Source: an uncultured archaeon (GTDB taxonomy: Archaea > Iainarchaeota > Iainarchaeia > Iainarchaeales > Iainarchaeaceae). From it: a DNA stretch of 32,000 nucleotides. The stretch spans positions 25,586-57,585 of the forward strand of contig CAZNZM010000007.1 of NCBI GenBank assembly GCA_964577555.1. The letters are read 5' to 3'. Position 1 is the first letter of the stretch. Each line of letters opens with the position of its first letter. Shown here piece after piece: positions 17,235-23,883 of this stretch. The notes under the pieces are model-generated. The model did no database searches. It was not told where the DNA came from and was given only the letters and a program-made list of their open reading frames with translations. A program made the position numbers and the translations under genes.

Positions 17235-19433
17235 TCAAATTTCCAAAATTTTCCAATTTGATAAATCAGTTAGGTTGTATTCATATTTTTCTTGATCATT
17301 GTAACGCCAAGTACCATTAATGCATATTGCTATTCCGCCCCAGAGTTTTCTGCCTTTTTTGTTTTGGTTTTTAATATATTTTTGCAACCCCTCTGCTCTA
17401 GGGCCAGCGTCGGATGTTTCTGCAGTTCTTCCCGATTTTGTATCAAGCAGACCAATTGTCCCGTCTTTTAATTGTATTATAAAATCAACATAAAAAGCTC
17501 TCTCATATTCATTCTCATCTTTGTATGGGACAGCAAAGTATTTGATTTCCGTTTCCCCATTTTTGAACCACCAGGCTACTTTAGCAGAGCCGTCTAATTT
17601 ATCAATGAATTGTCGTTCTGGCTCGCTTGGCTTTTTTGTGTAAAACGGCTTCATTATTGATTTTACATGCTCTTCCTTTTTGTAGTGGCTGTTATAACTT
17701 ATTATTACAGGCACTTCCCAATCCGGCACTGTTTTCTTTTCTCTTATTCCGTTTAGCCTTTCTGTAATGTGTTTTTGGTATTTTTCTTTTGCCAAGTTAA
17801 TTACATCAACAAAGGCCTGCACATTTTCTTTTCCCAGCACAAGTTTTTGAGCTCGAGGATGGTAACGGTCCAGTTTGAATTTTTGGCTTAAAAATTGATA
17901 AAGCGCTGTTTTCATTCTATCGCTTGAATCAGCAGGCGCATAGGGAATACAATTTTGTGAGATAAACTTATCCCAGACCTGCCTTAGTTCTGCTTCATTT
18001 AGCTGAATATCGATTTGGCCCTTGCGTTCTATTTCCCCCAATTTATCAACATCAACGATTTTGCCATCGGCAATAATTGGGCTAACTATTTTTGAAGGAT
18101 TATACGTTATCTTTTTTTCGAGTTTTGTTTCTTCTGCGACTTTCATAAAGATTTTTACAAAATCTCCAGAAAGTCTCGTTCTTTCCCTCTGCCTTTTTAA
18201 ATAAACAGATTCCAAACTAATGTTTTTGTATAGTTTGTTATCCCTTTTTGCTTCATAAACAGTAACATAATCCTTGGCGTAATCTTCAGTAATTTCTATA
18301 TTTGGCAGGTTTGTGAAAACAAAGCCCTTATTTAGCTCTGGCTCATTATAATATTTCAATTCTGGCATTCTCATTATTCTACCAATTGTCTGGATTGTAA
18401 AAGTAAAACTTTTTGATTCTCTAAAAATAAGCAGTATTTGTGCTCTTGGACAATCCCAACCTAATGCAGGGGCTTGTTTGAAAACAAGCACTTCAACTTC
18501 ATTTTCTGGCTTATCAATGTTTATTAAATTGTCAGATTTTTCTTCTGATAACCAAACAGCAAGTTTCCCGTTTCCCTCTACAATCTTGAATTTGTCTTTT
18601 AGTATCTTTAAGACCTCATCTTTTTTATTGATTAAACTGCTTTTTTGATCCGGCAATTGAATCAGAATTAATGGGTTAATGTTCGCTCCTTCCTTTTTAT
18701 AAAGTTTTAACAATTCTTCCCTTTTTTTTAAGGACTGTTCAATTACCAATTCATCAGAACTCTTTGTGCCAACTTTTATATCCAAAAATTCAGGGTTAAC
18801 GGCTATTTCCGATTTTATCATTTCCTCTGCTTTTACGTCACTTAAGTGCACTTTTTCTATTTCTGAAACATTTTCTTTCAAGTGTGGAGTTGCAGAGACT
18901 TCCAAAGTCACTTTTGGACCTATGACTTCAATTAACTCTCTTGATTTTTCAGAGCTTGCAGTATGGTGGCTCTCATCAATGACCAAGACTATTTCTCTTC
19001 CTTCTTCTTTCGTGTTTTGAATGATGCTGTTCAAATTGTTGTCCTGCTCGTTTTCTCGAACATAAATATTTATCTCTTTTTTGTTTATGCTGTGCCAATT
19101 AATGAACAGTATCTCATTTTCTCCAATCATTCGGTCTTCCAGGTCTTCAAAATACGAACATTGAAGCAAGCAGTCATCTTCATAGTATTTTTCCAGTTTT
19201 TCCTTACTTTGTTCGTGCAGCATCCTAACAGAAACCCATACAAAAGAAAATTTTTTGTCATCCTTTCTATTCTTCACTAATTGCTTTAATACCTCTGAAA
19301 CCATTACTGTTTTTCCTGAACCTGTTGGACTTTGAAAAATAACCACTTCGTGCTCTGCTGACCTTAAAGCATTCTCTATTTTTCTATGCAGGTTTTCAAC
19401 AGCTCTTCTCTGGTAGTCCCTTAAGTCTATCAT
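17235..19433 (-). CDS. res: Type III restriction enzyme Res subunit (SF2 helicase plus C-terminal PD-(D/E)xK nuclease)
   Basis: Helicase motifs in order: FQSPTGSGKT (I), VIDESHH (II, DExH), EVSATPH (III) and QTIGRIMRMP (VI). C-terminal YVDFIIQLKDGTIGLLDTKSG is nuclease-like. ATGA overlap with mod. Confidence 0.85.
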   Translation of the reverse strand: MIDLRDYQRRAVENLHRKIENALRSAEHEVVIFQSPTGSGKTVMVSEVLKQLVKNRKDDKKFSFVWVSVRMLHEQSKEKLEKYYEDDCLLQCSYFEDLEDRMIGENEILFINWHSINKKEINIYVRENEQDNNLNSIIQNTKEEGREIVLVIDESHHTASSEKSRELIEVIGPKVTLEVSATPHLKENVSEIEKVHLSDVKAEEMIKSEIAVNPEFLDIKVGTKSSDELVIEQSLKKREELLKLYKKEGANINPLILIQLPDQKSSLINKKDEVLKILKDKFKIVEGNGKLAVWLSEEKSDNLINIDKPENEVEVLVFKQAPALGWDCPRAQILLIFRESKSFTFTIQTIGRIMRMPELKYYNEPELNKGFVFTNLPNIEITEDYAKDYVTVYEAKRDNKLYKNISLESVYLKRQRERTRLSGDFVKIFMKVAEETKLEKKITYNPSKIVSPIIADGKIVDVDKLGEIERKGQIDIQLNEAELRQVWDKFISQNCIPYAPADSSDRMKTALYQFLSQKFKLDRYHPRAQKLVLGKENVQAFVDVINLAKEKYQKHITERLNGIREKKTVPDWEVPVIISYNSHYKKEEHVKSIMKPFYTKKPSEPERQFIDKLDGSAKVAWWFKNGETEIKYFAVPYKDENEYERAFYVDFIIQLKDGTIGLLDTKSGRTAETSDAGPRAEGLQKYIKNQNKKGRKLWGGIAICINGTWRYNDQEKYEYNLTDLSNWKILEI

Positions 19434-21100
19434 TTGAAAATCCTCTTGTAAACATTCAGAATAACTGCCGGAATTGGTCTTAATTCAACTAACTCGGTCA
19501 AATCTTCGAATTCTTCTTCTCTTGCACTTTCATCTAGAGAGAAGACATACACTACAAACTTTTTTTTCATTTTCTTGGCTTCTTTCTTAAAGGGTTCAAT
19601 CCCGTCATCGGAATAAATTATCCCCAAAAATTTCCCTTTAGAATTATTGTAAATTCGGAAATGCTTACCTTTCATTACCTCATCAAAACAATCCTCTTTC
19701 AAACACAACATTTCAGTTGATTTAGCCACGAGTTCTCTCTTGTTCTTATCAGTTGGTTCAGCGTCAACAAAACCAGTCGTAAAATATTTAAGGTTGACCT
19801 TAATTTTAGTTATTTCTGGATAGTCTTTATGCCCTTCAATAACTTTCTTTATTCTTGGATAACACACTTCTTCAGCTATTTTATTTTCATTATTCGTGCA
19901 CAAAATAAATTTTCTATCCGCGCCATCTTCTTTGTTCAAAATCATTACCGCATGGCCTGTTGTTCCTGATCCTGCAAAATAGTCTAAGATAATGGCATTT
20001 TTTCGTTCTGAAACTATTGGAGCCAAACAATCGTACGTGTTATAAACAGACTTTGGAAAATCAAACGATGAATTGGGAACAAGTGCGTGTACCAATTTTG
20101 TACCGTACTCCGCAGCATCATATTTGGGATTTTGCCAGACAGTTCTAACAGAGCCGTATGGCTTACCAATTTCGATTTCAATTCTATCATCAGATTTCTT
20201 AATTCTGAGCAAATCCTTTACAGATTCTACACTTTGTCTAGCATATCTCCATTTTCTTTCGACGCCAGTTATGTCAATGGGCCATACATAATATTTCCCG
20301 CCCCTCTCTTCAGTCTGTTTTCTTGGATGGAGATTATCTAGCGGCACTTCCCCAAAGCCCAAAATTTTATTGCCTTTAATTATTATTGGATAAAAACAAT
20401 TACGCGCATCTGTTCTTAGTGATTCTCCACCCCAGTTTCTCAGATTACTCCAGTATATTTCCTCTTCTCTCAATTTTCGAGTACCAATAACTTTCAATCC
20501 TTTTCTGAAAACAAAATAAGCATATTCATGCGTATAAGAAAAATTACTTCCTTGGATTCCTCTTGGGTTGTGCACAATTGTTATGCAATGTATTTCCCAA
20601 CCAGGAAATATTTCTTCTAGGAGACAGCCCAAATGGTGGAATTCATTGTCGTCAATTGCACAAATGAGCACGCCGTTTTGTTTCAATAAATTTCTTGCAA
20701 GTTTTAAGCGCTTTTCCATCATACTTAGCCATTTGCTGTGTCTCCAATGATCGTTAATGTCAACAAAGTCGTTATTGTATTTCCAGTCTTTTGCACCAGT
20801 GTTAAATGGCGGATCAATGTAAATTACATCAATCATTCCCTTGTGTGTGTAATTTAAAACAGAAAGTGCATGATAATTGTCGCCCTCAATTAGAATATTC
20901 GCTGATTTTGTTTTATCGGTTGCTATTTCCCTTTTTTTGACTTCTTCCAAAACAGGGAGTTTTTCTTTGCATAACTCTGCTACTTCTTCAGGCTTGTCTT
21001 CCCAAACTATTCCATACTTTCTCCTTAGGAGTTTATCTTTTTTTTCAAGTTCTTTAACCAAATCTGGCTTTGCCCAATTGGAATAATCTTTTTTAGCCAT
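19430..21100 (-). CDS. mod: Type III R-M Mod subunit (beta-class N6-adenine/N4-cytosine DNA methyltransferase)
   Basis: Motif IV DVIYIDPPFNTG precedes motif I ILDYFAGSGTTGHA. This is the beta permutation typical of Mod, with a variable region between them. Confidence 0.85.
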   Translation of the reverse strand: MAKKDYSNWAKPDLVKELEKKDKLLRRKYGIVWEDKPEEVAELCKEKLPVLEEVKKREIATDKTKSANILIEGDNYHALSVLNYTHKGMIDVIYIDPPFNTGAKDWKYNNDFVDINDHWRHSKWLSMMEKRLKLARNLLKQNGVLICAIDDNEFHHLGCLLEEIFPGWEIHCITIVHNPRGIQGSNFSYTHEYAYFVFRKGLKVIGTRKLREEEIYWSNLRNWGGESLRTDARNCFYPIIIKGNKILGFGEVPLDNLHPRKQTEERGGKYYVWPIDITGVERKWRYARQSVESVKDLLRIKKSDDRIEIEIGKPYGSVRTVWQNPKYDAAEYGTKLVHALVPNSSFDFPKSVYNTYDCLAPIVSERKNAIILDYFAGSGTTGHAVMILNKEDGADRKFILCTNNENKIAEEVCYPRIKKVIEGHKDYPEITKIKVNLKYFTTGFVDAEPTDKNKRELVAKSTEMLCLKEDCFDEVMKGKHFRIYNNSKGKFLGIIYSDDGIEPFKKEAKKMKKKFVVYVFSLDESAREEEFEDLTELVELRPIPAVILNVYKRIFK

Positions 21101-21103
21101 TGT

Positions 21104-21250
21104 TCAAACCTTCACATCGTTCTTCTTCAGTTCTTGTTCTACAAACAATTCAAACTGGCGAGAAATAATTAGGCCCTTCTTTTTGCAGTGTTCTTTATAT
21201 GCATTATACAGTCTCTCATCAACTTTCAAAGTAATGTTTTTACTGGCCAT
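21104..21250 (-). CDS. Ribbon-helix-helix (CopG/Arc-like) small DNA-binding protein, candidate controller of the R-M operon
   Basis: Own translation (not in track, 48 aa): MASKNITLKVDERLYNAYKEHCKKKGLIISRQFELFVEQELKKNDVKV. It shows a beta-strand then two helices, the RHH pattern. Its stop lies 3 nt before the mod ATG. Confidence 0.6.
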   Translation of the reverse strand: MASKNITLKVDERLYNAYKEHCKKKGLIISRQFELFVEQELKKNDVKV

Positions 21251-21276
21251 GTTACAATAGTAAATATTTGCACAAC

Positions 21277-21284
21277 TTTATAAA
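21277..21284 (-). promoter_or_regulatory. TATA-like box upstream of the RHH-mod-res operon
   Basis: The minus strand reads ATATTTATAAAG, about 27-34 nt upstream of ATG 21250, consistent with a leaderless or short-leader archaeal promoter. Confidence 0.35.
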
Positions 21285-21310
21285 TATGTTTTGACTCTGT
21301 CCAAGGCCTG

Positions 21311-21330
21311 TTTTTCAACCATTTTCAACC
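21311..21330. repeat. Tandem TTCAACCAT-type iteron pair, copy 1 (TTTTTCAACCATTTTCAACC)
   Basis: It recurs as TTTCTCAACCATTCTCAACCGTT at 21468-21490. Confidence 0.6.
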
Positions 21331-21467
21331 TTGCCAAAAAAGCGAGTTTTGGGTTTATTGGCTGTTTTGAATCATTTAATGCACATTTTGGCCGTATGTT
21401 GTAATGGTTGCAGTTTCTGGCTTTTTTTGAGAGTTTACGAGGTAAATTGCACTTTTAGAATCCAGAA

Positions 21468-21490
21468 TTTCTCAACCATTCTCAACCGTT
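21468..21490. repeat. Tandem TCAACC iteron pair, copy 2
   Basis: TTTCTCAACCATTCTCAACCGTT lies 157 bp from copy 1. Confidence 0.6.
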
Positions 21491-21527
21491 TAGACATAAC
21501 TGCCTTTTTGTTGCTTTTTTGCTCAAA

Positions 21528-21557
21528 TTGACAAACTGGCAGGGGGTGTTTGTCAAG
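21528..21557. repeat. Palindromic element 1: TTGACAAAC-N11-GTTTGTCAA with G-string spacer
   Basis: Reads TTGACAAACTGGCAGGGGGTGTTTGTCAAG, with 9-bp perfect inverted arms. A near-identical copy lies at 21659-21687. Confidence 0.7.
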
Positions 21558-21658
21558 TCAGGTAGTAGTACAGTAGGGTTTTGAAAGTATGTGTGTAACT
21601 GGGTAGGGTAGTTAGTCCTTCATATTTTGTTTAAGTAGCAATGGTTGGGTGGGGCATC

Positions 21659-21687
21659 TTGACAAACAGGGCAGGGGTGTTTGTCAG
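21659..21687. repeat. Palindromic element 2: TTGACAAAC-N11-GTTTGTCAG
   Basis: Reads TTGACAAACAGGGCAGGGGTGTTTGTCAG. It lies 10 nt beyond the stop of the minus-strand ORF 21698..22228. Confidence 0.7.
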
Positions 21688-21697
21688 TTTTTGAGAA

Positions 21698-22228
21698 TCA
21701 GTCTTTGCCAATCCAGGCAAAGCTTTTGTCATTCAAGATTATCTTCTTGCTGGCTACGAGCTCGCCGATTTTCTTGCTTGCAATGTCAGCAGGGCCAATG
21801 AAGCGGACTATTTGCTCCCTTGTTGGATTCCGGTTTTTAATGAACTGCTTTAATTCCTCATCAGGGTCTTTTTCTGTTTCCGCAAGCTTTTGGTCGTCAG
21901 CCCAGGCAACATAAATCTTTTTCCTGTCACCGTATTGTGCAGGCCGCTTGTCAACATGAACATTTGGATATCCTGCAAGAATACTGAATAAGCGTTTTTT
22001 CTGGTTGGTGTCAAGCACGCCCAATTTGACAGCATCATATGAGGTGAATTTTCCTTTTTCAAGAAGTATTTGAAAAGCTTTTTCAGCCAATCGTTCAACT
22101 CTGCCCAAAGGAGTTTGCATCGCAATTATTCGGGTTGCTTCAAAAAAGCGGTTAAATTCGGCCTGCAACGATTGACTCCAATCGCAATAGCCTTTCAAAG
22201 TCAAATGCTTCCAGTTTTCTTCACTCAT
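21698..22228 (-). CDS. Hypothetical protein (island cargo; possible DNA-binding/replication-related)
   Basis: 176-aa ORF with an ATG start and no motif I recognise. It is adjacent to the iteron/palindrome region. Confidence 0.5.
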   Translation of the reverse strand: MSEENWKHLTLKGYCDWSQSLQAEFNRFFEATRIIAMQTPLGRVERLAEKAFQILLEKGKFTSYDAVKLGVLDTNQKKRLFSILAGYPNVHVDKRPAQYGDRKKIYVAWADDQKLAETEKDPDEELKQFIKNRNPTREQIVRFIGPADIASKKIGELVASKKIILNDKSFAWIGKD

Positions 22229-22263
22229 TCAAACCACGCCTTGCCATACCAAACCACTTGCCT

Positions 22264-22563
22264 TTATTCGCTTGGTTCTGCTTCACTTTCAGTATTGCCA
22301 ACAACCAGGTAAATTGTCCTGTTGGTTTCCATTGCTGGCCCGCCGAGCTCAAGCAAGTTTTCGCCTTGAAAATAACTGCATTCAATGCCATTGCTTGGCT
22401 CCTCATGAAAGAACAACAGCTTGCTGTTGAAGCCCTGTTTTTTAAGGTCCAGCTTGTCACCCCTCTTTCCAGAAACATTGATTACGGCGAACAAGTTTCC
22501 TTTCTTGAGCGCATGAATGGACTTTTCAATTACCTGCACAAACCTCGCCTCTTTGGCATTCAA
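22264..22563 (-). CDS. Hypothetical protein
   Basis: 99-aa ORF whose only available start is TTG. It overlaps the upstream ORF by 38 nt and has an acidic tail (ESEAEPSE). Confidence 0.35.
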   Translation of the reverse strand: MNAKEARFVQVIEKSIHALKKGNLFAVINVSGKRGDKLDLKKQGFNSKLLFFHEEPSNGIECSYFQGENLLELGGPAMETNRTIYLVVGNTESEAEPSE

Positions 22564-22747
22564 TCCCGTCGCTGCGGAGTTTTACTTTCTGGATGCACTG
22601 ATTAGGAATATAGAGAATGTTGTCCTCTGTCTTGATTTTCAAAAAATGAGCATCAATGTTCAAAACCAAGCCAAAGCACTGCATCTGCTTTTGTCCTTCG
22701 CTGTAAATCAGCAAAGCCCTTTTCCCAACCAAATCGTGCCTTTCCAT
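22526..22747 (-). CDS. Hypothetical small protein, loosely Sm/SH3-like
   Basis: GKRALLIYSEGQKQMQCFGLVLNIDAHFLKIKTEDNILYIPNQCIQKVKL has the alternating beta pattern of Sm-like barrels. By-eye only. Confidence 0.4.
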   Translation of the reverse strand: MERHDLVGKRALLIYSEGQKQMQCFGLVLNIDAHFLKIKTEDNILYIPNQCIQKVKLRSDGIECQRGEVCAGN

Positions 22748-22794
22748 GCAAAAAACCTTACAAAAACCTCAATCGAGGTAGTATTTATTTGTAT

Positions 22795-22813
22795 TAGCGC
22801 AATTTTTGCGCTA
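22795..22813. promoter_or_regulatory. Operator-like palindrome TAGCGCAA-TTT-TTGCGCTA in a divergent promoter region
   Basis: 8-bp perfect inverted arms, GC-rich against an AT-rich background. It lies between the minus-strand operon start (22747) and the plus-strand RHH gene (22972). Confidence 0.45.
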
Positions 22814-22971
22814 GCGCAGGAAAAACGCACAAGAGTTTATATTTGAGATGGCTGGCAAGCATAAAATATAAACTATTTGAAACAATGGCAAATAGTTTGT
22901 ACCATTAGCACCATGCTTTTAAATAGTTCCTATAGTAATAATTCTTTACAATGTAAAGAGGTGCAAAAAAA

Positions 22972-23112
22972 ATGCCCAGCAGAAGCGGAATAACCACAAT
23001 CCAATTGGAAACAAAAACCCGGGACAGGCTAATGGAAATAGGCAAAAAAGGCGAAACATACGACCAAATCATCAACAAACTCATAGACCAAAGCCAAAAA
23101 CGCAAAAAATAA
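22972..23112 (+). CDS. Small ribbon-helix-helix-like DNA-binding protein
   Basis: Own translation (46 aa, not in track): MPSRSGITTIQLETKTRDRLMEIGKKGETYDQIINKLIDQSQKRKK. GAGGTG lies 8 nt upstream of the ATG. The pattern is a beta-strand (TTIQLE) plus two helices. Confidence 0.6.
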   Translation: MPSRSGITTIQLETKTRDRLMEIGKKGETYDQIINKLIDQSQKRKK

Positions 23113-23312
23113 TTATCACCGGCACAAAAAAGCCACAGCAGGCCAGTTATAACTGCTTTGAAAGCTAGGCAGTTAGGCTGAGAATTTGCCAATCTTTTTA
23201 TCAGCCTAACCCGCCAAAATGCCATGAAAGGCAAGGCAACTGCAATTAACGCCTTGTAGCAAGTCAGGCTGGAACGTTAAGGTTTTTACTATCATTGCCT
23301 GACGATAACATA

Positions 23313-23328
23313 GGCAATGATGAGGTGA
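23313..23328. repeat. Right copy of 16-bp direct repeat GGCAATGATGAGGTGA (candidate attR core)
   Basis: Exact match to 12825-12840. The inward site TTACTATCATTGCC (23286-23299) is the reverse complement of GGCAATGATAGTAA. Confidence 0.55.
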
Positions 23329-23403
23329 AAACCAACAATATATCCAAAATGGATTCTTGAATATTTTGGGAAGATGCGAAGACAATTTTTGGCGATTTTT
23401 TTT

Positions 23404-23619
23404 TCATTTTATTTGCTTAAGTGCAAGTCTTATGTCTGCTCCGACAACGGTTTTTCTATTCGCGTGCTTTGCAAATTCTGTTGCTTGCTGGCTTATTTTA
23501 ATTCCTTCTTCTTCAAGGATTTCGGCAAGAGCAACAACTGCATCTTCGCTTACCCTTCCAGCACCGGCTTTGCGAATAATTCTGTCAACTGCAGCCAAAG
23601 GCAAAATTTGATCCCCCAT
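23404..23619 (-). CDS. Archaeal histone (HMf/CBF-NFY fold)
   Basis: [71 protein letters not shown] is a classic 71-aa histone fold. The track start at 23628 is GTG. ATG 23619 is preceded by AGGTGG. Confidence 0.9.
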   Translation of the reverse strand: MGDQILPLAAVDRIIRKAGAGRVSEDAVVALAEILEEEGIKISQQATEFAKHANRKTVVGADIRLALKQIK

Positions 23620-23883
23620 TAAATCCACCTAAACACTAAAACAACCTAAATATTTAAAATCAGGACGCTTTTAAGAAAAAAAGCAATTAATAATATTTTT
23701 TTGGTCAAATTAAACGAAAAATAGTTTTATATGCAATTATTGTAATATAAAAGACTTCATAATTAAAATCATGCGTAAAATAATTGAATTATGCCGTGCA
23801 ATTGTTTTATTTTTTTGTTTTATTTCGCAGTGGCATTTATCTACACGTGCCATTTAAAAATAAGTTTTTTTAAAGTCTAATTT

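Larger units (their letters stand above)
12825..23328. mobile_element. Integrated element / genomic island of about 10.5 kb (integrase, TA module, type III R-M, nuclease, RHH regulators)
   Basis: A 16-bp direct repeat sits at both ends, with inverted subterminal sites just inside each. A tyrosine recombinase lies at the left end. All internal genes are accessory, while both flanks are housekeeping. Confidence 0.55.

Noticed and set aside
21560-21655. G-quadruplex between the two palindromic elements
   Set aside because: G3-G4 runs are present (GGGTAGGGTAG, GGTTGGGTGGGG) but are separated by long irregular loops. A canonical four-tract G4 with short loops cannot be drawn.
22905-23234. 109-aa minus-strand ORF
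   Set aside because: The translation is W/L/F-rich with no motifs. It overlaps an SD-preceded RHH-like ORF on the plus strand and a series of DNA hairpins. The plus-strand gene is the better explanation.
23281-23332. C/D-box sRNA at the right att site (ATGATGA and CTGA flanked by a GGTTTT/AAAACC terminal stem)
   Set aside because: The D-like CTGA precedes the C-like ATGATGA, which is the wrong order. No second C'/D' pair or guide spacing is present. The inverted repeat is better explained as recombinase sites.
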